A stretch of 64,000 nucleotides of DNA from Alphaproteobacteria bacterium (GCA_965658725.1 CBFHUI010000003.1:2891-66890), one strand, 5' to 3'; shown: positions 19,300 to 30,529, counted from the first letter of the stretch. Numbers and translations are program-made. The notes: generated from the letters alone by a model not told the origin.

Positions 19300-19986
19300 A
19301 TGATCCTCGCTGAACACCTCTACGCTTCCTCTGACATGCTGGCGCACCGACTGTCGTGGACCACAGCCAAGACGCTGATCGACGCGATTGCTGAACGTGG
19401 TGAAGCGCGCTTGCTGGTCTCTGGCGGTTCAACGCCAAAGAAGTTCTTTGCCGCACTGTCGCAACAGTCGCTGGCGTGGGAACGGGTGACGATTGGGCTG
19501 GTGGATGACCGCTGTGTCGAAAGCTTTGACCCCAACTCAAACGCCAAACTGGTCGGCGAAAACCTGCTGGTCGGCGAAGCGCACGCGGCGACCTTCCAGC
19601 CGCTGTTCGACCCCGAACTGGGCGTTGAGAAGTCTGCAGAATGGGCCAACGGCGCAGCGCAGCCAACCGATGTGGCCGTGCTCGGCCTGGGCGGAGATGG
19701 CCATACGGCGAGCCTGTTTCCTGGTTCCCCGCAGCTCGAACAGGGGTTGAGCGCTGACGCGCCAAACGTGCTGTTCACTGAACCGACCATGGAGCCGCTG
19801 GTCACGCGCCTGACCTACTCCGGCCCCTATCTGGCCAAATCGCCAAACGTCTTCCTGCACTTCGAAGGTGCGGGCAAGCGGGCGGTTTATGAAGAAGCAC
19901 GGTCCAAAGACCAGCCCTCGACGACCCCGATTTCCTGGTTCCTGCACCATCCTGAATGCCCCGTGGAAACCTTCTGGGCTCCCTAA
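19300..19986 (+). CDS. pgl: 6-phosphogluconolactonase
   Basis: LLVSGGSTP and GLGGDGHTASLFP motifs of the Pgl/NagB superfamily. Sits immediately downstream of zwf. Confidence 0.85.
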   Translation: MILAEHLYASSDMLAHRLSWTTAKTLIDAIAERGEARLLVSGGSTPKKFFAALSQQSLAWERVTIGLVDDRCVESFDPNSNAKLVGENLLVGEAHAATFQPLFDPELGVEKSAEWANGAAQPTDVAVLGLGGDGHTASLFPGSPQLEQGLSADAPNVLFTEPTMEPLVTRLTYSGPYLAKSPNVFLHFEGAGKRAVYEEARSKDQPSTTPISWFLHHPECPVETFWAP

Positions 19987-20036
19987 GCGCCTCGTCCGTT
20001 GAACGGCCTGACCAAAGACAGCTGAAAGATTGAACC

Positions 20037-21911
20037 ATGACCACGCTGAACCCAACCATTCAAGCCGTCACGGATCGCATCATCGAGCGCTCGGCCCCCA
20101 CCCGTGCGGCCTACCTCGAACGCATCGAGGCCGCTCGCCGGAACAAGCCGCACCGCAGCGAACTGTCCTGTGGCAACCTTGCCCATGGCTTTGCGGCGTG
20201 CGGGATGGACGAGAAGCGCGCGCTGGCTAAGACGGACCAGCCCAACATCGCTATCGTCACCGCCTACAACGACATGCTGTCGGCGCATCAGCCGCTCAAG
20301 GACTACCCAGACATGATCAAAGCCACGGCCATCGCCGCAGGCGGGGTCGCGCAGGTCGCTGGCGGGGTTCCGGCCATGTGTGACGGGGTTACACAAGGCC
20401 AGCCGGGGATGGAGTTGTCGCTGTTCTCCCGTGACGTGATTGCCATGGCGACGGCGGTGGCACTGTCCCACAACATGTTTGATGCCGCCATGTTCCTCGG
20501 AACCTGTGACAAGATCGTGCCGGGACTTGTGATTGGTGCGCTGTCCTTCGGGCACTTGCCCGCCGTCTTCCTGCCTGCTGGCCCCATGGGAACGGGCCAA
20601 ACCAACGACGAAAAGGCTAAGGTGCGTGAAGCCTTTGCCAAGGGTGAGATTGGCCGCGATGAGCTGCTGGAAAGCGAGAGCAAGTCCTACCACTCCGCGG
20701 GAACCTGCACCTTCTACGGCACCGCGAATTCGAACCAGATGCTGATGGAGTTCATGGGTCTGCACGTCCCCGGAACCACTTTCTTTGGCCCCGGCACGCT
20801 GGCGCGCGACATCGCCGTGCATGAGAGCACGCGCGTCGCGCTCCGTGCCATTGACCGAGGCGAGGGCTATCGCCCCATTGGTCACGTGCTGGACGAGAAA
20901 GCCTTTGTGAACGGTTTGGTCGGCCTCATGGCGACTGGCGGTTCGACGAACCTTACGCTGCACATCATCGCCATGGCGGCGGCCGGTGGGATCAAGCTCA
21001 CTTGGGACGACATGAATGACATCTCCGACGTGACGCCGTTGCTGGCGCGGGTCTACCCCAATGGCTCGGCGGACGTGAATGCCATGGAAGCCGCTGGCGG
21101 TCTGCCCTTCCTGATCGATCAACTCCGTGGGGCAGGCTTCCTGCACAGCGACGTCAAGACCATCACCCCCAACGGCCTGGCGGACTACGGCAAGGTTGCC
21201 AAGATCGCGACGCCGGATACGCTGTCCTTTGAGCCTGCGCCTGCGCAATCGCTCATGCCCGACGTTCTAACCACGCCCGATACGCCGTTCCAGACCAACG
21301 GCGGTCTGAAAGTCCTGAACGGCAATCTGGGCCGCTCGGTCATCAAGATTTCCGCTGTCGCGCCCGAACATCGCGTCATCGAGGCCCCAGCCAAGGTCTT
21401 TACAGACCAGAACCAAATTCAAGCCGCCTTCAAGGCCGGTGAATTGCACGGCGACTTCATTTGCGTTCTACGCTCACAAGGGCCAAAGGCGAATGGGATG
21501 CCGGAGCTACACAAACTGACCCCGCCGCTATCGGTCTTGCAAAAGCTTGGCTTCAAGGTGGCGCTGGTTACCGACGGCCGTATGTCGGGCGCGTCGGGTA
21601 AGGTTCCCGCCGCCATCCACCTCACCCCCGAAGCCAGCGACGGTGGGCCGATTGCTAAGGTCCGCGACGGCGACATGATCCGGCTGGACGCCGAAACCGG
21701 CGCGCTCGAAGTGTTGGTGAGCGCGCAGGAGTTCGACGCCCGCGAGCCAGCCGTCGATGACATCAGCCAAAGTCACATCCTGATGGGCCGGGAACTGTTT
21801 GGGTCCTTCCGCGCCGCAGTGGGTGATTCTGAGTCTGGCGCGGGCGTGTTTGGCGCGCCGAGCCTGACGGTGCCGGTGGCTTCTGATACTGAAAAAGTTG
21901 TGGTGGGCTAA
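20037..21911 (+). CDS. edd: phosphogluconate dehydratase (Entner-Doudoroff)
   Basis: 624 aa in the IlvD/Edd family with typical Edd N-terminus ([16 protein letters not shown]) and CDKIVPG motif. Confidence 0.95.
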   Translation: MTTLNPTIQAVTDRIIERSAPTRAAYLERIEAARRNKPHRSELSCGNLAHGFAACGMDEKRALAKTDQPNIAIVTAYNDMLSAHQPLKDYPDMIKATAIAAGGVAQVAGGVPAMCDGVTQGQPGMELSLFSRDVIAMATAVALSHNMFDAAMFLGTCDKIVPGLVIGALSFGHLPAVFLPAGPMGTGQTNDEKAKVREAFAKGEIGRDELLESESKSYHSAGTCTFYGTANSNQMLMEFMGLHVPGTTFFGPGTLARDIAVHESTRVALRAIDRGEGYRPIGHVLDEKAFVNGLVGLMATGGSTNLTLHIIAMAAAGGIKLTWDDMNDISDVTPLLARVYPNGSADVNAMEAAGGLPFLIDQLRGAGFLHSDVKTITPNGLADYGKVAKIATPDTLSFEPAPAQSLMPDVLTTPDTPFQTNGGLKVLNGNLGRSVIKISAVAPEHRVIEAPAKVFTDQNQIQAAFKAGELHGDFICVLRSQGPKANGMPELHKLTPPLSVLQKLGFKVALVTDGRMSGASGKVPAAIHLTPEASDGGPIAKVRDGDMIRLDAETGALEVLVSAQEFDAREPAVDDISQSHILMGRELFGSFRAAVGDSESGAGVFGAPSLTVPVASDTEKVVVG

Positions 21912-21914
21912 GCC

Positions 21915-22889
21915 ATGTCCGGTCCAATCCTCGTTGCAGACATCGGCGGCACTAACGTCCGCTTTGGTCTGGGCACCACGCCTGACAAGCCGGTCGAGCG
22001 CATCCTGAAGTACCAGATCAGCGGCTTTCCCAACCCAGAAACCGCGATCCGCAAATACTTTGACGATCTGGGGCTGAGCGCGGATGAGATCGGTACGATC
22101 AATCGCGCTTGCTTTGCCGCCGCTGGGCCGGTGGAAGACGATGTCGTTTCCCTGACCAATGGGTCGTGGGTGATCGACAAGGCCCATATCGCCGATGTCT
22201 TTTCCCTGGATTTCAAGCTGATCAACGATTTCAGCGGACTGGCCAACGCCATCCCCTATCTCCCGGCGGACGAGTTGCTAAAGCTTGGCGGTGGGGAGCC
22301 GGTGGACGGCTCACCAAAGGCAATTTTTGGTCCCGGAACCGGGCTGGGCGTCTCAGGTGCTGTGCCGGATCGGTCAGGCGGCTGGATCGTGCTGTCGGGT
22401 GAAGGGGGGCACGTTGCCTTTGCCCCGCGCCGCGAGATCGAAGATCGCATCCTGCAAATTCTCCGTCGTCGCATCCCCGGTGGCCGGGTCTCGGCGGAAC
22501 GGCTGCTTTCCGGCTCTGGACTAGAAATGCTGTTCGAAGCGCTAGCTGAGATTGAACAGATCCCGACCCTGCCGCAATCGGCGCGTGAAATCGTCGAAAC
22601 CGGCATGGCTGATGAAGCCTCCCTCCACCGGCAGACCATCTCGCTGTTCTGCGGCTTGCTGGGTAAATTTGGCGGGGATCTGGCGCTGACGTTGGGGTCG
22701 CGGGGCGGGGTCTATCTCGCTGGCGGGGTGGCGCAGGCGCTGCGGGACTTCCTGCCGCATTCGGTGTTCCGGGCGCGGTTTGAAGACAAGGGCCGGATGC
22801 AGAAGTTTAACGCGGATATTCCGACGTATCTGCTGATTGGCGATACCCCGGCGCTTACCGGCTGCGTTGCTGCGGCCCTCTATCCTTAA
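21915..22889 (+). CDS. glk: glucokinase
   Basis: LVADIGGTNVRFGL ROK/Glk ATP-binding motif. 324 aa. Follows edd as in many ED clusters. Confidence 0.9.
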   Translation: MSGPILVADIGGTNVRFGLGTTPDKPVERILKYQISGFPNPETAIRKYFDDLGLSADEIGTINRACFAAAGPVEDDVVSLTNGSWVIDKAHIADVFSLDFKLINDFSGLANAIPYLPADELLKLGGGEPVDGSPKAIFGPGTGLGVSGAVPDRSGGWIVLSGEGGHVAFAPRREIEDRILQILRRRIPGGRVSAERLLSGSGLEMLFEALAEIEQIPTLPQSAREIVETGMADEASLHRQTISLFCGLLGKFGGDLALTLGSRGGVYLAGGVAQALRDFLPHSVFRARFEDKGRMQKFNADIPTYLLIGDTPALTGCVAAALYP

Positions 22890-22906
22890 GCGCGACGGCG
22901 CATCGC

Positions 22907-23200
22907 TTAATCGTCGAAGCTGCCGTCGTCGTTCAACTGGCCCTCGTCGTTGAGGGTCTCCGTGAATTGTTCCAGCCGCTGACGCCAAAGCTCGTAAGCC
23001 TCGGTGATGACCTCGTCGTCTTCATCGGTCGCGAGGACGGTTGCGACTTCTTCGTTTGTGAAGCCCATGCGAAGTTTTTCCTGCAGCACGGCCAGCGTAA
23101 TCCCGGCCTTAGCGAGCGCGAGGCGCTGTTCCGGGGTCGCACGCTCCGCCATTTCGCGGAGTTCGGCGGAGGTTTTCGGCATAGCGGTATCAGCGGACAT
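22907..23200 (-). CDS. hypothetical small acidic protein
   Basis: About 97 aa, helical, with acidic C-terminus (LNDEGQLNDDGSFDD). No family recognised. Start uncertain (23200 or 23218). Confidence 0.4.
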   Translation of the reverse strand: MSADTAMPKTSAELREMAERATPEQRLALAKAGITLAVLQEKLRMGFTNEEVATVLATDEDDEVITEAYELWRQRLEQFTETLNDEGQLNDDGSFDD

Positions 23201-23210
23201 GGAAGCCCTC

Positions 23211-23855
23211 TCAGGCATTGATGGCGTGAGCCGCCTTGATGGCGTCCTTCGCCAGCGCCGTCAACTCATCCCAGTCGCCTGCTTCAACCGCCCCTTTAGG
23301 CGCAATCCACGAACCGCCAACCACATCGACGTTCGGAAGCGACAGGTAAGCGGCCATGTTGGACGGCGAAACCCCGCCTGTAGGGCAGAAGCGGATCGAT
23401 TTGAACACTGAGGCAAAGTTCTTCAGATAAGCGGCACCGCCCGAGGCCTCAGCCGGGAAGAACTTGAGGTTCCGATACCCCCGCTCCATCAGCCCTTGCA
23501 TCTCCGCCGGGGTTGCAGCACCGGGGAGATAAGGCATGCCCATCGCCTCGGCCGCGTCGAGCAGGCGCGGCGTATGGCCGGGGGAAACGGCAAAGCGCGC
23601 GCCTGCGTCCTTGGCCGCTTGCATTTGGTCAGGAGTGACGACAGTACCAACGCCGGGAATAGCACCTTCGACTGCGCTGACAGCCTTCAGAGCATCGAGA
23701 GCGGCGTCCGTGCGCAGGGTGATTTCTATGCAGGGCAGGCCGCCAGCGACCAGCGCTCTGGCAAGGTCTGCGGCTTTGCTGGCATCCTCAATGACGACGA
23801 CGGGAATAACTGGTGCTGCATCAATGACAAAATCAGTTTCGGTCGCCTGGCTCAT
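23211..23855 (-). CDS. eda: 2-keto-3-deoxy-6-phosphogluconate aldolase
   Basis: [16 protein letters not shown], then GAGTV and [10 protein letters not shown], are typical of Eda (KDPG/KHG aldolase). Confidence 0.9.
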   Translation of the reverse strand: MSQATETDFVIDAAPVIPVVVIEDASKAADLARALVAGGLPCIEITLRTDAALDALKAVSAVEGAIPGVGTVVTPDQMQAAKDAGARFAVSPGHTPRLLDAAEAMGMPYLPGAATPAEMQGLMERGYRNLKFFPAEASGGAAYLKNFASVFKSIRFCPTGGVSPSNMAAYLSLPNVDVVGGSWIAPKGAVEAGDWDELTALAKDAIKAAHAINA

Positions 23856-23861
23856 CTTGGT

Positions 23862-25055
23862 TCAGCTCACTCCAAAAGGGCGCATTCCTGCGCGCATTAG
23901 TCCATGGCGAACCGGTGTTAACCAGCCGAGGCTTTTCATAGCCCCGCGTCTGAGGTGATCGAAGCCCAAGCGGTCGTTTTGTATCGCTTGGTTCAAAAAG
24001 TGGGTCGCCGTTAAACGACTTATTACATCGCCCCGGCGCTGGGCGCTATAGCGGCTGAGTCTATCCGGCTCTGCGGCATGCGAAGGCTGATCAAACAGTG
24101 ACAGTAAAGCTGCAACATCGGCCAGCGAAGCGTTCAGACCTTGTGCACCCAGAGGGGGCAAGACGTGGGCTGTCTCTCCGACCAGCGCCAGTTGCGGCCC
24201 GTCAAAGCGTGCAGCGATCTGCGTGCCGACAGGAAAGCCGCCCCGTGCGTGCACCGCGGTGAGTTCCCCCAGCACGCCGCGCAGGGCGCTTTGCAGGCTT
24301 TTGCGGAAGTCGTCATCGCTTAGCGTGCGCTTGGCTTCGGCGGTTTCAGGGCGGTGCACCCAGACAATCGCAGACCGTGGCTGACCGGCATCGCTGGGGG
24401 GCAGGGGTACGGTGGTCAGGGGGCCTTCGCGGCGCTGAAATTCGGTGGAAATGTTGCCGTGATCGAGGCTGTGCTCGACCTGACAGACCAGTGCTGCCTG
24501 ATTGGGTTGGTAGTCCTTGATGCTGATCCCTGCCGCAGCGGGGATCGGGGACTTGCGGCCCGATGCGTCGAAGACCAGCGCGCCGGTCAGCGTCTCACCG
24601 CCTTCCAGCACGATTTCGCCCGGCCGCCAGTTCGCGACCCGCGCGCCAAAGCGCAAGCTCAGCCCCTCAGTCTCCTCTGCCGCCTCCAGCAAAGCATGGA
24701 TCAAGTCGGTGTTGATGATGTTGAAGCCAAAGGGGGTTTCGGCGACTTCGTCGGCGCTGAAAGTTTCGATCACCGGCTTAGTCCAGCGATCGGCTTGATC
24801 GTCGATCAGACGCAGCTTGTCCAACGGCGCGCTCCGGTCTGCAACCCGCGCCCATACGCCCATGGCTTCGAGGGTCTCGAGGCTCAGCGGCATGAGTGCG
24901 GTTGACCGGGCCGGCATGGGTTTGTCGGAGGTGCGTGGGTCAGGCCCCGCGTCCACCAGTTGCACTCGGTGCCCGCGCTGGGCGAGCCCGACAGCAAGAG
25001 ACAGGCCAACCGGCCCGCCGCCAACTACCAGCAATACAGAAGTATCTCTTTCCAT
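23862..25055 (-). CDS. FAD-dependent monooxygenase, UbiH/UbiF/VisC family
   Basis: [22 protein letters not shown] dinucleotide-binding motif. About 400 aa. Similar to ubiquinone biosynthesis hydroxylases. Confidence 0.8.
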   Translation of the reverse strand: MERDTSVLLVVGGGPVGLSLAVGLAQRGHRVQLVDAGPDPRTSDKPMPARSTALMPLSLETLEAMGVWARVADRSAPLDKLRLIDDQADRWTKPVIETFSADEVAETPFGFNIINTDLIHALLEAAEETEGLSLRFGARVANWRPGEIVLEGGETLTGALVFDASGRKSPIPAAAGISIKDYQPNQAALVCQVEHSLDHGNISTEFQRREGPLTTVPLPPSDAGQPRSAIVWVHRPETAEAKRTLSDDDFRKSLQSALRGVLGELTAVHARGGFPVGTQIAARFDGPQLALVGETAHVLPPLGAQGLNASLADVAALLSLFDQPSHAAEPDRLSRYSAQRRGDVISRLTATHFLNQAIQNDRLGFDHLRRGAMKSLGWLTPVRHGLMRAGMRPFGVS

Positions 25056-25139
25056 GATTATGATGTGCGCTAGGTAGCCAATGGAAACAAGGCGCCTGCT
25101 GTCGCGGCCGCCCTGCACGCTATTTTTGAGAGGCCCCGC

Positions 25140-25574
25140 ATGTTCGCCGAGTTCTTCAATGCTTTCTTTTCAGATGAGTCGGTCAAGCTTCGCGCGTTGG
25201 ATGATTTGCGCCGGAAGAGCAAGGGGAACGATTACCTTTTCGCCGATGCAGATCTGACCTCGATTTCCACCAACGGCGGTTCTGTGGTGGTTCACGGCCT
25301 TGATGATGCAGCCATCCACGCGGCTATTGAGGCCTTTGCCGTGGATCGAAAAAAGGGCGAAGCGCGGGAGATCAAGCCGCTGTCCGGCGTCTATGTCATT
25401 CGCACGCCGACCCTGCGCTTTCCCAACGGCTTGTCCTACTGGATCAGCGATGGTGACGCGCCTGATGAGAAGCGGGTGAGCCTCTATGCCTGGTCGGTCT
25501 TTGGTCGGCGAGCTTATGGGGTGAACCGTGATTACGTGACGGCTTTGGCACGGAGTCTTACAACGGGCGCTTGA
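25140..25574 (+). CDS. hypothetical protein
   Basis: 144 aa ORF with good codon periodicity. No family recognised. Confidence 0.4.
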   Translation: MFAEFFNAFFSDESVKLRALDDLRRKSKGNDYLFADADLTSISTNGGSVVVHGLDDAAIHAAIEAFAVDRKKGEAREIKPLSGVYVIRTPTLRFPNGLSYWISDGDAPDEKRVSLYAWSVFGRRAYGVNRDYVTALARSLTTGA

Positions 25575-25660
25575 CCGGCCTCAAATACAAAAGCGGCGGG
25601 ACCGGGTGCCCTTCCCGATGCCGCCGCTTTACGTTTTTGCGCTGGCTTCTTGGTTTGCGC

Positions 25661-26308
25661 TTACTGGTACATGCCTTTCCGCGCGAGATAGAGGCGGTCA
25701 TCGGGGCCGCGCACAACCACAAACCCGGCCGGTACCTGCGTCACGCCCACGCTCGCCGCATCGACGACGCGTGAGCCTTCGGGCGCTTGGCCAAAGACCA
25801 GATCGGCCCCGGTTGAGCCTGGCGCGGTTGGGTCTTCGACGTAGTAGTATTTGCCCGATGGCGCGCGGTAGAGGCGGACGCCCGGATTGACCCGGAACCG
25901 CGCCAGTTCAGCACCTACGACTTCCACCGAACCATAAGGCAGACCGTCTGGTACAGGCTGCAAGCCGACAATCTCACCCGAAGGCGTGATCGGTTCCGGT
26001 TCGACACCCACCAGTCGCCAGCCCGAGCGGCGGTGCTGGTAGTCCAGCTGTCGCGTCTGAGAGGACGTCACGCCGTACTGCGTCTGATAAGCCGCAGAGG
26101 TCGTCGCCAGGTAAGGATCCCGGTCCACAGCGACGCGGATGATGTCGGTATAATAATTGGTGTCAGCCACGGTGCGGCCAGCGTAGGGGGAGTAAATCTT
26201 CAGGTCGGTCAGGTCTGACACCGGGTCTACCAGGTTCTGGGACACGGCAGCGCCAGTGATGCTGATACCGACGCTTGCGACGATAATCGCAAACAAGTCG
26301 TTTTTCAT
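25661..26308 (-). CDS. hypothetical exported protein with internal repeat (RLYxAxxGxYY)
   Basis: Signal peptide MKNDLFAIIVASVGISITGAAVS. C-terminal repeated motif RLYRAPSGKYYYV / RLYLARKGMYQ. Confidence 0.5.
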   Translation of the reverse strand: MKNDLFAIIVASVGISITGAAVSQNLVDPVSDLTDLKIYSPYAGRTVADTNYYTDIIRVAVDRDPYLATTSAAYQTQYGVTSSQTRQLDYQHRRSGWRLVGVEPEPITPSGEIVGLQPVPDGLPYGSVEVVGAELARFRVNPGVRLYRAPSGKYYYVEDPTAPGSTGADLVFGQAPEGSRVVDAASVGVTQVPAGFVVVRGPDDRLYLARKGMYQ

Positions 26309-26414
26309 GAGTTCAGGTCGCCCATTCCACTTAGTTTCAGCCGAGACGAGTTATCCGTCCCTTGTGCTGTGCCAGTGGGGGGGAGCAAGGCCTATGCCAT
26401 TGGATTGGCTGGGG

Positions 26415-27257
26415 TTAATCCTCTCCGGTAACCACCTCAGTGTCAGAAGATTCACGACCCCATTCGGACCAAGACCCGTCATATACCCGGCTTTGGAGCC
26501 CAATTTCGTGCAGGCCAAGGCTCAGACCTGCAGCGGTCACACCCGACCCGCAAGTCGTGATTATCGGACCGCTTGTATCAATTCGCGCAAACAGGCTTTG
26601 CAATTGGGTGGGGCTGAGAAATTCGCCATTATCCGCAATCAAAGACGAGAGCGGCACACTTGAAGCGCCCGGCATATGGCCGCTGCGCATGCCCGCGCGC
26701 GGTTCCTTGTCAGCGCCGGTAAAGCGCCCGGCAGGGCGGGCATCTGCTACGGTTTGTCCGGCGCTCAGCGCGGCCTTAACGGCGTCCTGATCGGCAAGCA
26801 GTTCCCCCCGTCGGTCAGCGCGTGGTGTGTAGAGCGCAGAGGTAGGGACTGCAGGGTTGGAAGCGGTCTCAAGCCCAGCCGCGATCCACGCTGGCAATCC
26901 GCCGTTGAGCACCAGAACCCGTTCGTGCCCGAACAGGCGGAAGGTCCACCATACGCGCGGCGCGCTAAACATGTTCTTTTGGTCATACACCACGACCCAG
27001 TCGTCCTGCGTGATCCCCAAAGCCCCAACAGCTGCGGCAAAGATCTCCGGGCTGGGTGCCGTGTGGGGGAGGTCGGAGGGGGTGCTGATTGTGTCGATGT
27101 CGAAGAACTGCGCGCCGGGAATATGTTGCTGGGCGAACAACGCAGCCGCATCCTTGTTCTCCGTGGGCAGGTAGAACGTGCCATCGAGCAGTTTGATCGC
27201 CTCCCCGCCGCTCAAGCGACGGTTCAACTCCGTTGCAGAAATCAGCGCAGACGTCAT
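26415..27257 (-). CDS. sseA: 3-mercaptopyruvate/thiosulfate sulfurtransferase (tandem rhodanese)
   Basis: Two rhodanese domains. Active-site loop CGSGVTA. Start trimmed so it lies just downstream of the cysK stop. Confidence 0.85.
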   Translation of the reverse strand: MTSALISATELNRRLSGGEAIKLLDGTFYLPTENKDAAALFAQQHIPGAQFFDIDTISTPSDLPHTAPSPEIFAAAVGALGITQDDWVVVYDQKNMFSAPRVWWTFRLFGHERVLVLNGGLPAWIAAGLETASNPAVPTSALYTPRADRRGELLADQDAVKAALSAGQTVADARPAGRFTGADKEPRAGMRSGHMPGASSVPLSSLIADNGEFLSPTQLQSLFARIDTSGPIITTCGSGVTAAGLSLGLHEIGLQSRVYDGSWSEWGRESSDTEVVTGED

Positions 27258-27264
27258 GGGGGCC

Positions 27265-28287
27265 TTAGCCTTCCATCCAGGGCGGCGTGGGCAGACCTTT
27301 GCCGCGCAGGAACTCAGGGTTGTACATTTTTGAAGCGTAGCGGCTGCCTGAGTCACAGAGTATGGTCACGATGGTTGATCCCTTGGGCATGTCCGCTGCC
27401 ATCTTGACCGCGCCCGCGACGTTCAGCGCCGCTGAACCGCCCAGAAACAGGCCTTCTTCCTGCAGCAACTGATAAGCGCGTGCGAGCATCTCGTCGTCAG
27501 AAACGCGGTAGGCTAGGTCGGGGCTGAAGTCCTCGAGGTTTGCTGTCACGCGACCCTGACCAATGCCTTCGGTGATCGAGCCGCCTTCGGATTTAAACTC
27601 GCCTTCGGTGTAGTAGGCAAAGAGCGCAGCGCCATAGGGGTCCGCCAGGCCGATTTTCACCGCAGGATTTGCGCCGCGTAGCGACCGCGCGACGCCGCCG
27701 AGTGTGCCACCCGAACCGACAGCACAGATAAAGGCGTCAACCTTGCCGTCGAGGTCGCGCAGGATTTCCGGTCCGGTGGTCTGTTCGTGCGCATCGCGGT
27801 TTGCGGTGTTGTCGAACTGGTTGGCCCAGATCGCCATTCCGGGGTTTTGCGCCGCGCGTTCTTCGGCAAGACGAGCAGAATACTTCACGTAATTGTTCGG
27901 ATCGCGATAGGGGACAGCCGGGACGAGGATCAACTCTGCCCCCAACTGGCGAAGGGCGTCTTTCTTTTCTTGGCTCTGAGTCTCGGGCATCACGATGGTC
28001 GCCTTGTACCCGCTCGCCGCGGCAACGTGAGCGATACCGATACCGGTATTGCCGGCTGTGCCTTCCACGATGGTCGCGCCGGGTTTCAGCGCGCCAGAGG
28101 CTTCCGCCGCCAGCACGATCCCCAGCGCTGCACGGTCCTTGACCGAGCCACCGGGGTTCATGAACTCCGCCTTACCCAAAATCGTACAGCCGGTTTCCTC
28201 CGACGCTTTGCGCAGGTGGATCAGCGGCGTGTTGCCGATCGCTTCCACAAATCCTGAACGCACGGGCATCTTGAAGTCACTGGCCAT
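27265..28287 (-). CDS. cysK: cysteine synthase (PLP-dependent, CysK/CBS family)
   Basis: IGNTPLIHL, then NPGGSVKDRAALG (PLP lysine) and GTAGNTGIG. Start chosen at MASDFKMPV. Confidence 0.85.
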   Translation of the reverse strand: MASDFKMPVRSGFVEAIGNTPLIHLRKASEETGCTILGKAEFMNPGGSVKDRAALGIVLAAEASGALKPGATIVEGTAGNTGIGIAHVAAASGYKATIVMPETQSQEKKDALRQLGAELILVPAVPYRDPNNYVKYSARLAEERAAQNPGMAIWANQFDNTANRDAHEQTTGPEILRDLDGKVDAFICAVGSGGTLGGVARSLRGANPAVKIGLADPYGAALFAYYTEGEFKSEGGSITEGIGQGRVTANLEDFSPDLAYRVSDDEMLARAYQLLQEEGLFLGGSAALNVAGAVKMAADMPKGSTIVTILCDSGSRYASKMYNPEFLRGKGLPTPPWMEG

Positions 28288-28689
28288 TGTCGCCTCTCGC
28301 TTTGCCTGAAAAATTTCATGTTTCGGAACCAAAGATATGCGGGTCTGGGGCTAAGGGTGCAAGGGATCAGCCACGTCTGCGACCCAAGGCAGCCACCCGC
28401 AAAATTGGAATGAAACAGCAGGATGACCGACTCCAAAGCCCTCGCACTGCCGTCAACCGACACGGCTTTTGACCTATGAGAGCAATCACGCGCTCGTGTC
28501 CTCAGCCTCGAAAAAGGCGAAAGCGTCGCAAAAACAGCACGTTAAAGAATGAATTCGCGTAAATGTGTATATCTCTGGCCCAGATGTTGGTAGTGCCAGT
28601 TGAGATATTCGCAGAATTTCATATTGAGACGGGGCCGACGCTTCCCACTTTTCGAGAAATTTCACAGTCGGCTGTCCGAAAGGGACCCT

Positions 28690-30258
28690 ATGAGTACAGC
28701 AATGATCCGCAAACCGTCGATCATCAGCCTCGCCGTCGCCGGCTTGATTGGACTGATTTTTACGGGTTGCGTCATTACCGAGGAAGTCGCCTATCAGGGC
28801 TCGACCGAATCCATCCCCGCTGACAAGGCACAGGCCGAGACTGTCCTGATTGCTAACATCGAAGAAGCGCCAGGATCCTCGGAGATTGCCTCCAACATCG
28901 TCATCCCGGACACCAGCGGCACCTATGCCTTGCCGCGCTCGGGTGCAGACAGCATCCGGCCCTATCTCAGCGGTCAATCACCGCTACCAGCGCGCACGCA
29001 GGGCGTTTCGCCGGGACAATTGCACCGCATCTATAAAGAGAACGATTTCAACCCGATCTGGTTCAGCCAGCGCGGCTGGCTTCCTGCGGCGCAAGTGCTG
29101 ATCAAGACATTTCAGGGCGCGCGGATCGACGGTCTGGTGCCGAACGACTACTTGCCTGCGGACCGGGGCCTGCCCGGCGGTGCGCTGAACGGCACGCAGA
29201 TTTCCCAGATCGACCTCGAACTGACAGCGGGCCTGCTGCGCTACATCCGCGACGTGAAGGAGGGCCGCTACAACACCGCGAGCCGCATTGATAGTGCTGG
29301 TGAGATGATGAAGGGGCTGCAAGCCGCTGACTTCGCGGGATGGCTGAGCAGTCTGCCTCCACAAACGCGGTTCTACACCGCCATGAAACAGGCGGCAGGC
29401 CGGGATTTGGCTTACCTCTCACCCGCCGAATTTGCGACGTATCGTGTGAATATGGAGCGCTTGCGCTGGGGTGAGCCGAATTTGCCTGCTTCAGGCCGCT
29501 GGGTGCTGCTTAACGTTGGCGCGGCTGAGCTGATGGCCATGGAAGACAGCAACGTTGCCTTTGGCGTGAACGTCGTGGTTGGTCGCAACACGCGCCGCAC
29601 GCCGCTGCGCAACGACCGGATCACGGGCCTGAAATTCAGCCCCGACTGGACCGCGCCCTATTCCATCGTGGAGAAAGACCTCGTGCCGCTGGCGCTGGAA
29701 AAGGGGCCGGACTTCCTCAATCAAATGGGCCTGTCGATTTACTCCGGCAATCGAAAGGTCAGCCCCTTTGAGCTGAACTTCAGCTCCATCAACGTCCGCA
29801 ATTACACGTGGAAGCAAGAATCCGGGCCGCAGAACGTGCTGGGCGGCGTACGCTTCAACCTGGAGAACTCGTCCTCAATCTACATGCACGATAGCCCTGA
29901 TGACTCGCTGTTTGAGCTGCCGGAGCGGGCCAAGTCCTCGGGCTGTATTCGTGTCGGCGCGGCTGAGCACTTTGCCCACTGGCTGCTCGCTGGCGACAAG
30001 CCGGGCGAGTTCAGCTTTCAGGACATTGTTGGCCGCATGACATCCGGCAACATCACCCACGTCAGCCTGAACCGCGATGTTCCGGTCTACACCATCTATT
30101 ACAACGCCTGGCCCAGCCACGATGGCGAGCTGGTGATCATGCCGGACATTTACGAGCAGAACGCGGCGCTACGAGCGCGGATGGGCTACCCATCGGGCTC
30201 AGCATCGCTGGCAACGAGCCGCTTGGGTGGTGTTACGAACATCGGTGATATATTCTAG
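28690..30258 (+). CDS. L,D-transpeptidase, YcbB/LdtD-like
   Basis: N-terminal signal/lipobox-like FTGC, a central PG-binding-like region, and a C-terminal YkuD domain with HDSPD...SSGCIRV catalytic motif. Confidence 0.8.
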   Translation: MSTAMIRKPSIISLAVAGLIGLIFTGCVITEEVAYQGSTESIPADKAQAETVLIANIEEAPGSSEIASNIVIPDTSGTYALPRSGADSIRPYLSGQSPLPARTQGVSPGQLHRIYKENDFNPIWFSQRGWLPAAQVLIKTFQGARIDGLVPNDYLPADRGLPGGALNGTQISQIDLELTAGLLRYIRDVKEGRYNTASRIDSAGEMMKGLQAADFAGWLSSLPPQTRFYTAMKQAAGRDLAYLSPAEFATYRVNMERLRWGEPNLPASGRWVLLNVGAAELMAMEDSNVAFGVNVVVGRNTRRTPLRNDRITGLKFSPDWTAPYSIVEKDLVPLALEKGPDFLNQMGLSIYSGNRKVSPFELNFSSINVRNYTWKQESGPQNVLGGVRFNLENSSSIYMHDSPDDSLFELPERAKSSGCIRVGAAEHFAHWLLAGDKPGEFSFQDIVGRMTSGNITHVSLNRDVPVYTIYYNAWPSHDGELVIMPDIYEQNAALRARMGYPSGSASLATSRLGGVTNIGDIF

Positions 30259-30529
30259 ATTAAGACAAAAATTATGTGATTTTGTTCGAAAGTTGACAGT
30301 CTTGATAACTTTGTGGATAAAGTGTTCTAAATTGAGCGTCTTTTTTGTAACGCGGATTCGTAAAATCGCATGAAAATGGCCTATTTTGCTGGACTCCAAA
30401 GGGCGTAAACCGGCAAATCGGCGGTGAAGTGCCGCTTGAGCGACGTCGGCGCGCGGTGTTCCCTCGGATCACTGTCTTGTCGCAATCGGCTCCTATGGTG
30501 CCGTCGTCCGAAATTCGGGAGATAAAGAA

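Noticed and set aside
22907-23218. Small acidic protein between glk and eda as an antitoxin or anti-sigma factor.
   Set aside because: No partner gene and no recognisable domain. Left as hypothetical.
28333-28689. 357-bp intergenic region between cysK and the L,D-transpeptidase gene, with two AATTTCA motifs and small ORFs (28221..28463, 28287..28472).
   Set aside because: The small ORFs lack RBS and periodicity. The motifs are short and weakly repeated. Most likely this is an ordinary divergent promoter region.
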